Origin: an uncultured Pseudomonadota bacterium
Lineage (GTDB): Bacteria; Oederibacteriota; Muellerivitia; Muellerivitales; Muellerivitaceae
DNA: 64,000 nucleotides
Assembly: GCA_963770835.1 (NCBI GenBank)
Contig: CAVYRH010000026.1
Span: forward strand, 64,001-128,000
Direction of reading: 5' to 3'
Position 1 is the stretch's first letter, and the number at the start of each line of letters is the position of its first letter. Position numbers and translations under genes: made by a program. The notes below the pieces were generated by a model. The model was not told the DNA's origin, made no database searches, and saw only the letters and a program-made list of their open reading frames with translations. Below are positions 1 through 9,893 of the stretch, one piece after another.

Positions 1-97
1 CTCACCCTAACCCTCTCCCGCAAGGGGCGAGGGGAATGGGGAATTTGCTGGTCTTTTACGCCCTCTCCCTTGAGGGGAGAGGGCGGGGTGAGGGTGA
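1..97. repeat. Palindromic dispersed repeat (CCCTCACCCT..CCCTCTCCC..GGGAGAGGG..GGGTGAGGG; BoxC/REP-like), intergenic copy, cut by window edge
   Basis: ctcaccctaaccctctcccgcaaggggcgagggg ... ccctctcccttgaggggagagggcggggtgagggtga; the same family recurs at 29313, 34273 and 35659. Confidence 0.85.
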
Positions 98-143
98 AAA
101 GTTAATTTTTAGAGGTGCACTTCATTTAGCAGGAGAAACAAAC

Positions 144-323
144 GTGCAGCTAAAAAAAGATGTCCATCCTAATTTCTATGAGAAAACGTTGGAAACCCCG
201 GCGCTCCTGAAACTTGTCACCCAGAGCCAAAAAGAAGTGATCCAGGGAACGGCCGTTCCGGCGGAACAGGCTTTTCGAAAACTACGTTACCGCATGCGGT
301 ACAGAGCGCGACCCAGGCATTAA
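144..323 (+). pseudogene. Probable internally deleted Phd/YefM-type antitoxin remnant
   Basis: RBS AGGAG then GTG at 144. MQLKKDVHP resembles the family N-terminus and YEKTLET.ALLKLVTQSQKEV.QG..VPAEQAFRKLR the C-terminus, but the central DNA-binding part is absent. Confidence 0.5.
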
Positions 324-343
324 GGGAATAATTTTTTCCCGGT

Positions 344-2599
344 TCAGGAGCCGGCGTTTGGTTTGCCTTCCTGGGACGATAGTTTTTCAGCCACCGACCT
401 CAAAGCCTCCTCCACATCCGGCTTTAATTCCTTCTCGCCGTCTTTCTTGAGTTCCCCCAGGAATTCCCAGACCGTGGCCGAATGGAAGCGGCCCAGGGCC
501 TGGATGGCCGCGCGGCGCACTTCCAGGCTGCGGTGCTTTTTTTGCTCCAATAACTTGTACTTGGCGGCCCATTCCATCAAGGCGGAAGCGGAGGGGGTGT
601 CGGCCAGGCGCCCCAAGGCCTGGCAGGCCTTGATCCAGAAGTTGTCCCTGTCCTTCCCATGGGGAGGATATTTTTTGACCGCGAGGACGATGCTTTCCCC
701 GTCCCCCTCCATGCCCACGCCGGCAAGGGTTTCCAGCGCCTCCTGGGCGATGGGGGATTCGGGCTTTTCCAAAAGCCGCACCAGGAAGGGGCGGATCCCC
801 TGTATTCCCCATTGGCGGGCCGAGGCGAGGATCTTCCCCTGGGCCAGGGGGCTGAAGGTGTTCCAGTGGCGCTCGAAAAATTCCTCCAGCTCGCCGGAGG
901 GCGGGATGGCGGTGAAGATATCCAGGAACTTCTCCAGTTGGGCCCGTTTCTCGGGCCAGCCCAGCCAGGCCTCGTAAACGTGCAGGCCTTCCTTTTGCTG
1001 GGCCTCCAAGAGGTCGAGGGCCTTGAGCCATTGGGAGCTTCCGGTGAGTTCCGTCTCAATTTTATTGAACAGGAAGGGGCCGACCCGCGGGCCCAAGAGG
1101 GTGAAAAGTTTGCGGATGCTATCGCCTTCCTCCGGTTCGGCGGGGAAACGGTTGAGAAGCGATTCCAGGATGGGTTCGCAGAAAACGGTGTCCAAGGCCA
1201 CCCGGGCGGCCTGGTTTTGCTTTTCAAAGCGGGGAGGCGTCTGTTCCGAGGCCCGCATCAGCAGGCGCGCCATTTCCAAGAGATCGGTCCAATCGGGAGA
1301 GGCCAGTTCCTGCGGAATCCAGTCCTGGGCCAGGGTGAGGGCCATGGGGTAATTGGCCGGGCGCCGGATTTCCTTCAACAGGCGGCAGAGGTTCCGGAAG
1401 CCCTCCAGTTGGAGGGGGCGCGGGATGCGGTCCCATTGCACGTGGCTCAAGTGCCGCAGGGCCAGGGCCTGGGTACTCTCGTCCGCGGAAAAGATTTTTT
1501 CCCATAGTTTTTCCCAAAAAGCCCCCAAAGACTCCGCGCGATCGGGTTCCAGGAGCGATGGAATTTTCTCGACGACCTTCTCCTCCAATTCGGGATTAAA
1601 GAGGGCCTCCCAATCGCCTTTATCCACGGCCAAAAGGACCGGATCGGTCTCGAAAAGACTACCTTGCCCGGCGGGGACGGTCTCGGCCGGTTCGGGTTCG
1701 GGGGCAAGGGTCGCGGCCGCGCCGGAGCCGGAAGCTTCCGCCGCCGGTTCCACCAGCGCCAAGCCCTGGCTTTCCCCCAAAAGGACCAGTTTTTTCAAAA
1801 GGTCGTCCATGTTCACCTGGACATCGCTCACTTGGGAGGGTGATTTCATGGAAGAGAGGGCGTTCTTCAAGCCCAGGAATCCGCCCATCAATTCCCGCCA
1901 GGGTTGGGCATTGGGAGCCGGAGCTTTTCCGCCGCCCGCGCCACCCCCACCTTCCCCTCCCGAAGCCGCCCCCTCCACTCCCTCGGATTGGAGCCAGGTC
2001 CCCATGTTTTCCATGAGCCGCTTGGCCACTTCCTGTTTATTGGCGTCCGGGCGGACGCGGCTGAAAATTTGGAGGAAATACTGCAGGGCTTCCAGGGCCT
2101 CCTCGAGGTTTTGTCCGCCGCCGAGCGAGGCCTCATCGGAGGGAACCACCATTTCGCCCTCGGAAAGGGCCACGAAAACTTTCTCGTTCACGCGGACGTG
2201 CTCCAAGGATTGCTGGACCAGGGCCTGGGAAAGGGACAGGCCGGTAGGGAGGGCCTTGGGTTTCAGGAGCGAGAAGAGGGCCTGGACCTCGGAGGATTCC
2301 ACGCCCTTGAGGAAGGTCAGGGTCCGGACCTTGTGGGTCAAAAACAAGTCCTTGATCATGTTCGTGGAGCCCGTCAGGCGCTCATCCAGGGGAGCCCCTT
2401 CCACCACAAGCCGCCCCTCCGATTCCCCGAAGGAGACGGAAGGAAGTTCGTTGAACAGGCGCGCGAGGGCCTCCAGAAGGCGGTCCAGGGACTGCTTGAC
2501 CATGGCGTTTTCGACGGAATAAAGGAAGAAGTTGGAAATCGACACCCGCAGTTCGCGCACCGCGAGGGAAGCCTGCTGGATTTGTTCGGGGTTGAGCAT
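344..2599 (-). CDS. HEAT/PBS-lyase-repeat protein (paralog of 7682..9784)
   Basis: 751-aa ORF; C-terminal repeats such as ACQALGRLAD and VRRAAIQALGRF; N-terminal domain shared with 7682..9784. Confidence 0.75.
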   Translation of the reverse strand: MLNPEQIQQASLAVRELRVSISNFFLYSVENAMVKQSLDRLLEALARLFNELPSVSFGESEGRLVVEGAPLDERLTGSTNMIKDLFLTHKVRTLTFLKGVESSEVQALFSLLKPKALPTGLSLSQALVQQSLEHVRVNEKVFVALSEGEMVVPSDEASLGGGQNLEEALEALQYFLQIFSRVRPDANKQEVAKRLMENMGTWLQSEGVEGAASGGEGGGGAGGGKAPAPNAQPWRELMGGFLGLKNALSSMKSPSQVSDVQVNMDDLLKKLVLLGESQGLALVEPAAEASGSGAAATLAPEPEPAETVPAGQGSLFETDPVLLAVDKGDWEALFNPELEEKVVEKIPSLLEPDRAESLGAFWEKLWEKIFSADESTQALALRHLSHVQWDRIPRPLQLEGFRNLCRLLKEIRRPANYPMALTLAQDWIPQELASPDWTDLLEMARLLMRASEQTPPRFEKQNQAARVALDTVFCEPILESLLNRFPAEPEEGDSIRKLFTLLGPRVGPFLFNKIETELTGSSQWLKALDLLEAQQKEGLHVYEAWLGWPEKRAQLEKFLDIFTAIPPSGELEEFFERHWNTFSPLAQGKILASARQWGIQGIRPFLVRLLEKPESPIAQEALETLAGVGMEGDGESIVLAVKKYPPHGKDRDNFWIKACQALGRLADTPSASALMEWAAKYKLLEQKKHRSLEVRRAAIQALGRFHSATVWEFLGELKKDGEKELKPDVEEALRSVAEKLSSQEGKPNAGS

Positions 2600-2805
2600 G
2601 GGATAACTTTATCTGGAATCGGGCTTTTCTTAAAGCCTCCGAAAGCCAAAACCGGGCTTTTGTGATCCGGGTCATGCTGGGGGGGAACGTGCAGGTAAAA
2701 AGAGGCCCTTCGGACCTGAAAAATGGCTTCCAAGGTTGAAAAGGGAAGTGAAGTCCCCCGAGAATAATGTTGGGTGAAGAGGATCTAAAGCTAAAGGAGC
2801 CGAAA

Positions 2806-3096
2806 ATGGGTGAAAAAAGGGACGTCTATGTGGAAAAGCTAAAAACCAAGATCGACGAGTGGAATGCCGATATCGACAAGCTGCAGGCCAAGGCCGACAA
2901 GATGGGGGCGGACGCCCGCGCCGAGTTGCAGAAGCATATCGAGGAACTGAAAGCCAAACGCAGTGAACTCCAAGGAAAGATGGGGGCCGTCCAAAAGGCC
3001 GGCGGCGAGGCCTGGGAGGACATGAAGTCGGGAGCCAATTCGGCCTTGGAGGCCTTGGGGAAGGCGGTGAATGCGGCCAAGTCCAGGTTCAAGTAA
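2806..3096 (+). CDS. Small coiled-coil protein (Sll1863-like stress protein)
   Basis: RBS AAGGAG before ATG 2806; YVEKLKTKIDEWNADIDKL...GEAWEDMKSG pattern. Confidence 0.75.
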   Translation: MGEKRDVYVEKLKTKIDEWNADIDKLQAKADKMGADARAELQKHIEELKAKRSELQGKMGAVQKAGGEAWEDMKSGANSALEALGKAVNAAKSRFK

Positions 3097-3136
3097 CAGG
3101 CTTTATTTTTACAAACTTGAGAATCGGACCTTAATT

Positions 3137-3157
3137 TCCCCCTCTGAAAGAGGGGGA
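3137..3157. terminator. Hairpin between convergent genes
   Basis: tccccctc-tgaaa-gaggggga. Confidence 0.55.
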
Positions 3158-3165
3158 TCTGGGTT

Positions 3166-3405
3166 CTAAGTCTTCAAGGCTTCCTGCAACATGTCCGAAA
3201 GGGTATTGCAGCAGCAATCGAAGGACATCTTTTGCTCGCCGGGGCCCGAGTCTTCGGAGAACTTCAGGCGGGGACTTTGATGGTGGACCGGGCAGGTGAG
3301 CCCCTCGATTTTTTGTTGGATAACCTTCACCGTGGCTTCCAAAGCCTGTTTTTGAATTTGATCCTTAAAATTATCCAAGAACGCCTCCCCGATTTGAAAG
3401 CCCAT
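3166..3405 (-). CDS. Small hypothetical protein with CPxH...CCC putative metal-binding motif
   Basis: ORF 3166..3477; the internal ATG at 3405 is the more plausible start; motifs TCPVHH and FDCCC. Confidence 0.55.
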   Translation of the reverse strand: MGFQIGEAFLDNFKDQIQKQALEATVKVIQQKIEGLTCPVHHQSPRLKFSEDSGPGEQKMSFDCCCNTLSDMLQEALKT

Positions 3406-3486
3406 TTTAATTCCATCTTCCGCTGGAAACCCAACATAAAAACGGCATACTGGAATCTCTTTAAAATTTAAAACCAAGGATGCCCC

Positions 3487-5628
3487 ATGAAAAAGAGGTG
3501 GCTGGCTTTGGCGATTTTGGGTTTGGGATTACTAGGAAGCGGAGAAGCCCGGGCGGAGGACGGCTACAAGCTTTGGCTGCGCTACGCCAGGGTGGACGAC
3601 GCCCAGGCGTTGGAATACTGCCGAAAAAATATCTCTTGTATCGTCGCCCCGGGAAAATCGGACACCGACCGGGTTTTGGTCAAGGAACTCCAAAGAGGGT
3701 TGAAGGGCCTTTTGGGAAAAGATATCCCGGTCCGGGACAAGGTCCAGGAAGCTTCCCTCATCGTCGGCACTCCCAGTGATTCACCCATCATCTCGCAATT
3801 GAATTTGGACAAGGATTTAAAGCCGTTGGGAGCCGAAGGCTACCTTCTTCGCTTGGTCCAGGTGGACGGCCACCAAGTGACGGTCATCGCTTCCGAAAGC
3901 CCGGTGGGATGCCTGTATGGGGCCTTTCATTATTTGCGGCTTATAGGGACGAACGGGTTGGGAAGCGATCTTGATATCGCCGAAAAGCCCGCGATCCACC
4001 GGCGGCTTTTGGACCATTGGGACAACCTGGACGGGACGATTGAAAGGGGTTACGCGGGCAAGTCCCTTTGGAAATGGCAGGAACTTCCCGGCCACGTGGA
4101 CGACCGCGTGACGGATTACGCCCGGGCCTGTGCTTCGGTTGGGATCAACGGCGCGGTCCTGAATAACGTGAACGCCGATCCCAAAATTCTGACCACGGCT
4201 TATTTGATGAAGGTGGCCGCCTTGGCCAATGCTTTGCGGCCTTACGGCATGAGGGTTTACCTTTCGGCCAATTTTGGTTCCCCCAAGGCCCTGGGCGACC
4301 TTTCCACCGCCGACCCCCTGGACCCCCAAGTGATCCAATGGTGGAAGGCCAAGGCGGAGGAGATCTACAAACTCATTCCGGATTTCGGCGGCTTCCTGGT
4401 GAAGGCCAACAGCGAGGGCCAGCCCGGCCCCAACGATTATGGGCGAAGCCACGACCAGGGCGCCAACATGCTGGCCCGGGCCCTGGCCCCCCATGGCGGC
4501 GTGGTGATGTGGCGGGCCTTCGTCTACCAGGATTCGGTGGACAAGGACCGCATCAAAAGGGCCTACAAGGAATTCACACCTTTGGACGGGAAATTCGATA
4601 AGAACGTCTTTATCCAGGTCAAGAACGGCCCGTTGGACTTCCAGCCCCGCGAGCCCTTCAGCCCACTTTTCGGCTCCATGCCGAAAACGCCTTTGGCGGC
4701 CGAACTGCAGGTGACCCAGGAATACCTGGGCCATTCCAACCACCTCGTTTACTTGGGAACCCTTTGGCAAGAATTCCTGGATTCGGACACCTACGCCAAA
4801 GGGCCGGGTTCCACGGTGGCAAAGGTGGTGACCGGCGAATTGGACGGCCAGCAGGACAGCCTGATCGCGGGCGTGGCCAATACGGGCGACGACCGCAACT
4901 GGTGCGGACATCCCTTCGCCGCCGCCAATTGGTACGCCTTCGGGAGAATGGCTTGGAACCCTACTTTGAGCGCCAAGACTGTCGCGGAGGAATGGGCCGG
5001 TCTTACTTGGGGCAACAATTCTTCTGGATCGTTTATCAGCAAACTGATGTTGGACTCCCGGGAAATCTATGTGGACTACACCTGCCCCTTGGGGCTCAAC
5101 GGTGTTTTCGAGAAGGACCTCCACTACGCCCCCGACCCCGGCATGGTGGACCCGCGTAGGGAGGATTGGTCGGCAGCCTATTACACCCGGGCCGATGCCC
5201 AGGGACTGGGGTTTGACCGGACGCGGAAGGGAAGCGACGCGGTGGACCAATACCATCCGCCCCTGCCGGATCGGTTCAACAACCTCTCCACATGCCCTGA
5301 GCAATACCTCTTGTGGTTCCACCATGTGCCCTGGGATCACCCCATAAAAACGTGGTACAAGCCAAGCTTCGCGGATTACCCCGGAAAAATGTATCCAGGC
5401 CCTCCCCAAAGCTTCTGGAAGGAACTCTGCTACCGTTACAACCTGGGCGTCGCTGAGGCGGAGGATATGAAAACCCAATGGGGGTACTTGAAAGGGAAAG
5501 TAGACGATGAGCGGTGGGAAGCGGTCGAGGCCAAGCTGGAAGTGCAAGTGAAGGACGCGGCCGCTTGGCGGGACAAGTGCCTGAAGTATTTCCAAGGCTT
5601 CAGCAAAAAACCAATTCTAAAACCTTGA
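3487..5628 (+). CDS. aguA: Alpha-glucuronidase, glycoside hydrolase family 67, secreted
   Basis: Signal peptide; EDGYKLWLRY, HWDNLDGTIERGYAG, LNNVNA, FLVKANSEGQPGP, QVKNGPLDFQPREP. Confidence 0.95.
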   Translation: MKKRWLALAILGLGLLGSGEARAEDGYKLWLRYARVDDAQALEYCRKNISCIVAPGKSDTDRVLVKELQRGLKGLLGKDIPVRDKVQEASLIVGTPSDSPIISQLNLDKDLKPLGAEGYLLRLVQVDGHQVTVIASESPVGCLYGAFHYLRLIGTNGLGSDLDIAEKPAIHRRLLDHWDNLDGTIERGYAGKSLWKWQELPGHVDDRVTDYARACASVGINGAVLNNVNADPKILTTAYLMKVAALANALRPYGMRVYLSANFGSPKALGDLSTADPLDPQVIQWWKAKAEEIYKLIPDFGGFLVKANSEGQPGPNDYGRSHDQGANMLARALAPHGGVVMWRAFVYQDSVDKDRIKRAYKEFTPLDGKFDKNVFIQVKNGPLDFQPREPFSPLFGSMPKTPLAAELQVTQEYLGHSNHLVYLGTLWQEFLDSDTYAKGPGSTVAKVVTGELDGQQDSLIAGVANTGDDRNWCGHPFAAANWYAFGRMAWNPTLSAKTVAEEWAGLTWGNNSSGSFISKLMLDSREIYVDYTCPLGLNGVFEKDLHYAPDPGMVDPRREDWSAAYYTRADAQGLGFDRTRKGSDAVDQYHPPLPDRFNNLSTCPEQYLLWFHHVPWDHPIKTWYKPSFADYPGKMYPGPPQSFWKELCYRYNLGVAEAEDMKTQWGYLKGKVDDERWEAVEAKLEVQVKDAAAWRDKCLKYFQGFSKKPILKP

Positions 5629-5633
5629 TCGGC

Positions 5634-6596
5634 CTAGGGGATCAGGACGATCTTTCCAAAGGACCCCGGCTGCTGGATTAGTTTGTGGGCCTCAACGGCT
5701 TGATCCAGCGGAAATTCCTTGCCGATGACGGGTTTCAGGGACTTATTTTTAAGCCCGCGAATGAGATCCTTGTGGATTTCGGCTTTTTCCTCCGCCGTGG
5801 CGTTGAAGAGAGTGAAGGCCATAATGGAGCCATCCCGGCCCATCAGGTCGCGGGGGTTGATTTCCACGGGTCCCCGGGAACCGATGACCACCACACGGCC
5901 ATGGAGAGCCAATAGCGGAAGGTCGCGGCCCAAGTTCACGTGGGCGGCCATTTCCAGAATGATGTCCACTCCCTTGCCGCCGGTGATCTCCTTTAAGCTT
6001 TCCAGGTAGGAGGGGTCCTTGTGATTCAAGACTTCCTGGGCCCCCTGTTCCTTGACCAATTGAAGCCCTTGTTCACTCCCGGCCGTCCCGATTACCTTGA
6101 GTTGGGCGGCCCGGGCCAATTGCACGGCGGCGATGCCCACCCCGCCCGAAGCCCCGTGCACCAAGACCGTCTCCCCCTTTTGGGCCTTGGCCTTGCCGAA
6201 GAGGGCCCGATGGGCCGTGGCGTAGGGCACGCCCAAGGCCGCGCCCTGGGCGAAGGAGACATGGGGGGGAAGGGGATGGACATTGGCGGCATCCGCCAGG
6301 CAAAACCGCGCGTAAGTGCCGGTGACCGAGCTTTCGACGTAGACGCGGGCGTCTTGTTTGACCGTTTTAACTCCCAGGCCTACCGCCGCCACCACGCCGG
6401 CCCCGTCCATACCCGGAGTGGCCGGAAGGACGGGCTTGCGGGGATAATTACCTGAAAACATGTAGGCGTCCACCGGATTGACGCCAGCCGCTTCCAGGCG
6501 CACCAATACCTGGTGACGGCCCGGGATCAAATCGGGCACTTCCTCTAATTTCATGACTTCCGGCCCGCCGAATTCCTTTACGAGGATGGCTTTCAT
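5634..6596 (-). CDS. qor: NADPH:quinone reductase (zeta-crystallin/MDR family)
   Basis: GVNPVD, PGMDGAG, VLVHGASGGVG, GKIVL motifs. Confidence 0.9.
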   Translation of the reverse strand: MKAILVKEFGGPEVMKLEEVPDLIPGRHQVLVRLEAAGVNPVDAYMFSGNYPRKPVLPATPGMDGAGVVAAVGLGVKTVKQDARVYVESSVTGTYARFCLADAANVHPLPPHVSFAQGAALGVPYATAHRALFGKAKAQKGETVLVHGASGGVGIAAVQLARAAQLKVIGTAGSEQGLQLVKEQGAQEVLNHKDPSYLESLKEITGGKGVDIILEMAAHVNLGRDLPLLALHGRVVVIGSRGPVEINPRDLMGRDGSIMAFTLFNATAEEKAEIHKDLIRGLKNKSLKPVIGKEFPLDQAVEAHKLIQQPGSFGKIVLIP

Positions 6597-6678
6597 GGTT
6601 TTTCTCCTGTCCTGGCAATGGGGTTGAAGATTTTAGGGAGGGATGGAATCAAAAAAAAAGCCCCTTCCCGCTGACGCT

Positions 6679-6749
6679 CATAGGGGAAATTCCCCCTATG
6701 CTACCCCATCCTTAACGGCCAAAGGGGACAGTGTCCCCTTTAGAATCCC
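6679..6749. repeat. Two REP-like hairpins in tandem
   Basis: catagggg-aaattc-cccctatg followed by ctacccc; aaaggggaca-g-tgtccccttt followed by agaatccc. Confidence 0.55.
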
Positions 6750-6763
6750 GGGGGCGGAAAAAG

Positions 6764-6796
6764 AAAAAGCCCGCCCCCTCACGGGAACGGGCCTTT
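6764..6796 (-). terminator. Rho-independent terminator of the LysM gene
   Basis: Minus strand reads gcccg ttcccgtgagggggcgggc ttttt: GC stem plus U-tract. Confidence 0.7.
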
Positions 6797-6822
6797 AGTC
6801 TACTTTTTACCTCATGTTCAAA

Positions 6823-7227
6823 TCAGAAGTAATCCAAGGGCAGGGTTTCCCGCGGCTTGGAGTGAGGCACGAATTTGGGGGTTTTCATGGCCAAATCCTT
6901 CGCATGGGCCACTTCCTCACTGGACAACCCCTTCTGAATCAAGAAGTCCTGCTTGGGGAAGATCAAATCCGGATCCTGGATGCTGTCCCGGTTGGCTTTG
7001 AAGATCAAAGGCCACTGGAAATTATCACTGTAAATATCCGACTTTCCCGCGATTCCCCAAAGCGTATCGTGGTTGACCACGGTGTAATGGTCGGAAGCCA
7101 CTTGCTTGACCGGTTCGGCGGTGGGGACTGCTTTGGGCACTTCGGTTGTTTGGACATTTTTGGTGCCGCAGCCAATCGACAAAGCCGTGACTGCAACTAA
7201 CGCCAAAACGACTTTTAATCGGTTCAT
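6823..7227 (-). CDS. LysM peptidoglycan-binding lipoprotein
   Basis: Lipobox LSIGC; YTVVNHDTLWGIA...WPLIFKANRDSIQDPDLIFPKQ; RBS AAGGAG. Confidence 0.9.
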   Translation of the reverse strand: MNRLKVVLALVAVTALSIGCGTKNVQTTEVPKAVPTAEPVKQVASDHYTVVNHDTLWGIAGKSDIYSDNFQWPLIFKANRDSIQDPDLIFPKQDFLIQKGLSSEEVAHAKDLAMKTPKFVPHSKPRETLPLDYF

Positions 7228-7681
7228 TTTATTTCTCCTTCATTTAGGCGCTTCTGGCCTTAACTTATTTTCATTCCAACTCTTAGGGCGAATCAAGGGG
7301 CTTATGCTTTTAAGGTGCTTATTTTAACAGCAATTTACTGAGAATCCTAAAAAAATAACCCTTTTTAGGGCATGAATCCCTGGTTTCCGCCCTCCCGTCT
7401 GGAATTTGATTCGTAAAACAGCCTTTACATTGGTGTGACCCGCCCCTGGGATAAAAGTTCCAAGATTGCCGCAAAATCTTGTGGAGGGGATTGGCTATCC
7501 TTTTGGGTAAGTTTAAGGGCAGTTTAACAGTAAAACGACCTTCCCTTTTTGAAATGCTTTCTTCTGTATTCACACATAGTAAAAGTGCTAATTTTAAATC
7601 GAAGAAAAACTTACCAGCATTTACTACCGCTTGAAATACGGTTCCAACCTCACTTCAACTTACAACTACCTGGAGGAAAAC

Positions 7682-9784
7682 ATGAACCCGATTCAAGTTA
7701 AAGCCGTGCCCAAAGACCTCAAGACTTCCCTTCCCCAGCTCATCCGGGATCTCAAAGCCGCTTTGAGTTACGTTTCGTTTTATTCCAGCGATAGTCCCTT
7801 CGTGGTCCAAGCCGTGACGAAATCCCACCGAAGCCTCCAGAAGTTCCTGGATGGCTGCGGTCCCCTTATCCTCCGGGCGAAGCAGGGGAAAATGTTTTTC
7901 AACGACGTCGATATTTCCGATCTCGATGACCTTGTCAAAATTTTCCAGGATAAGAATATTCCAGGTGTCCAGTTCCTCGGTGGCCTCACCACCCATGAAG
8001 TGACTTCCTGGATGAAACAAATCACCCTCCCCATCAATGATGCCAATGGGATAACCGGGGATTTCGCCCACATCCAACCCATCCCCCAGGACGCCGAGAT
8101 CGTTATTTGGAAGGAAGAAATCCCCACACCCTCCGGGCCGGTTTTAGTAGGTAATTTGGTTTCTCCTTCCAATACGGTGGAAATGCCGACCATGGAGTCC
8201 ACCGAACAAACGGTAGCGGCTCCGTTTAATCCGGACGGAGGGAATTTGAGCGAAAGCTTCCTGAACCGGATGTCGGCCGAACCCGCTCCCGGGGTCGGCA
8301 CCCAGGCCCAGGAGACCCTTTTAAGCTTCGTGGCTGAAGCCTGGCAACATTCCCAACTGCAAAAGAAAAATATCAGCGCCTCACCGGAAATGGCCGCCCT
8401 GACCCAGTCCTTTGACCAGCTCTTTGACCGGCTTTTGGACCGGATGGAAAAATCCTCCCCCGAATTCTCCAATATCCGCCAGTGGTTCAACACCCCCCAG
8501 GGCCGTCTTTTGGATAACCAAGTCGCGTCCTCCATGATTCCTTTAATGGAAGCGGCGATCCAAAACGGCTGGACGGCGGTGCTTTTCGACCCGGCCACGG
8601 AGGGACTGGTGGGGGAGTGCCTGGCCTATTGGGGCGCCAACGGGAAAGAGGAATTGGTGGAAAAAACCGTCGACTGCCTGGCCGACCGGCTGACCGCTGG
8701 CGACCCCTTGGAAAAGCAAACCGCGCTGGCCCATTTGATGGATGCCCGGCCCTGGGTACGAAACGCCGGCCTGCTCCGGAAAGTTTTGGACGGGTTGAAC
8801 CGGCTTTTGGCCGAAGAGACGGAGCCCGGCCTCTATCAAACGGCACTTCTTTTGGCTTGGGACCTTTTGGGACCCGCATTGGCCGGGGGCGGCGAGGAGT
8901 CGGCATTGAACCTTCTGTCCACCCTGCATTTTCACGCCGACGAGGAATCCGCCACCTTCCCTGAACGCCCCCGCATCGCGTATCACTGGCTTTTCGAAAG
9001 ATCCACGCCCGACTTGGTCCGCCACTTAGTTTATTGCGCCTCCAAGGCAGGGCGGTTGAAACAGTACCCCCTCCTGGGGGAAATAGCGGCGCCCCTTTTG
9101 GTGGAAGGGTTCCTGGCCGCGCCGGCCACCGAGAAAAGCGGGTACTTGTGGCTTTTTAATGAGATGAGAGAACCCCTCCGTTCCGTCCTGACCGAGCGCC
9201 TGGCCGACGCCGAGAGCGAAGAGGACGTCCGGAACATGATTCCCATCCTGCGGGTTTGCGGCTTGGATCCGGCCCTTTCACTCCAGCTTTCGGCTTGGCT
9301 TTCCAGGGGAAGCCGTGAGCTCAAATTAAACCTTTTGGAAGTCATCGAGGAAGTGGGGGATCCGGGCGGTGGACCCGCCTTGAGGCTGGCCCTTTTCGAC
9401 GACTCGGAGGAAATCGCCGCCATGGCGGCGAGGATCATCGGTAAGATCCAGTTTTTGCCCGGGCTCACGGTACTGCTCAAGGCCGCCAAGATCCGGGGGG
9501 GACGCTATCCCCAGAACGACGAATTCCTGATTGCCGTTTGCCGGTCCCTGGGCGACCTAGCCGCCCCGGAGGGAGTTCCCTTCTTGGAGGATATCGCCCG
9601 CAAAAAACCTCTCCTGCGGGGCAAAAATTTCTCCCTGCCCGTCAGGTTGGAAGCCGTCGAAGCCCTGTCCAAAGTCAACCAACCGAAAGTGTGGAGCTTC
9701 CTAGGTTCCTTGATGGAAGAGAAAAACCCGACCCTGCAGGAAGCCCTGGACCGGATCATTCACGAGAAAATGCAAAAGCTCTAA
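7682..9784 (+). CDS. HEAT-repeat protein (paralog of 344..2599)
   Basis: RBS GGAGG before ATG 7682; repeats AVCRSLGDLA and VRLEAVEALSKV. Confidence 0.75.
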   Translation: MNPIQVKAVPKDLKTSLPQLIRDLKAALSYVSFYSSDSPFVVQAVTKSHRSLQKFLDGCGPLILRAKQGKMFFNDVDISDLDDLVKIFQDKNIPGVQFLGGLTTHEVTSWMKQITLPINDANGITGDFAHIQPIPQDAEIVIWKEEIPTPSGPVLVGNLVSPSNTVEMPTMESTEQTVAAPFNPDGGNLSESFLNRMSAEPAPGVGTQAQETLLSFVAEAWQHSQLQKKNISASPEMAALTQSFDQLFDRLLDRMEKSSPEFSNIRQWFNTPQGRLLDNQVASSMIPLMEAAIQNGWTAVLFDPATEGLVGECLAYWGANGKEELVEKTVDCLADRLTAGDPLEKQTALAHLMDARPWVRNAGLLRKVLDGLNRLLAEETEPGLYQTALLLAWDLLGPALAGGGEESALNLLSTLHFHADEESATFPERPRIAYHWLFERSTPDLVRHLVYCASKAGRLKQYPLLGEIAAPLLVEGFLAAPATEKSGYLWLFNEMREPLRSVLTERLADAESEEDVRNMIPILRVCGLDPALSLQLSAWLSRGSRELKLNLLEVIEEVGDPGGGPALRLALFDDSEEIAAMAARIIGKIQFLPGLTVLLKAAKIRGGRYPQNDEFLIAVCRSLGDLAAPEGVPFLEDIARKKPLLRGKNFSLPVRLEAVEALSKVNQPKVWSFLGSLMEEKNPTLQEALDRIIHEKMQKL

Positions 9785-9841
9785 AGGTTAGGAGGTGGGC
9801 GGGAAAAGGCCCCCACCGGTTCCTAACCCCCAAAAAGGGTC

Positions 9842-9886
9842 ACGCCAGTGGAAGCGACGCCCAATGCTTCCCCTGGCGTTTTTTTT
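9842..9886 (+). terminator. Rho-independent terminator
   Basis: acgccagtggaagc-loop-gcttcccctggcgt followed by a T run. Confidence 0.75.
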
Positions 9887-9893
9887 ATTGGGT

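Noticed and set aside
36..143. N-terminal extension of ORF 36..323
   Set aside because: It is a translation of the palindromic repeat (SLEGRGRGEG); the RBS supports GTG 144
3817..5595. Long antisense ORFs (also 21178..22722, 44072..45385, 1353..2522)
   Set aside because: Shadow or alternate-frame ORFs expected in GC-rich coding DNA; they overlap well-supported genes and show no motifs
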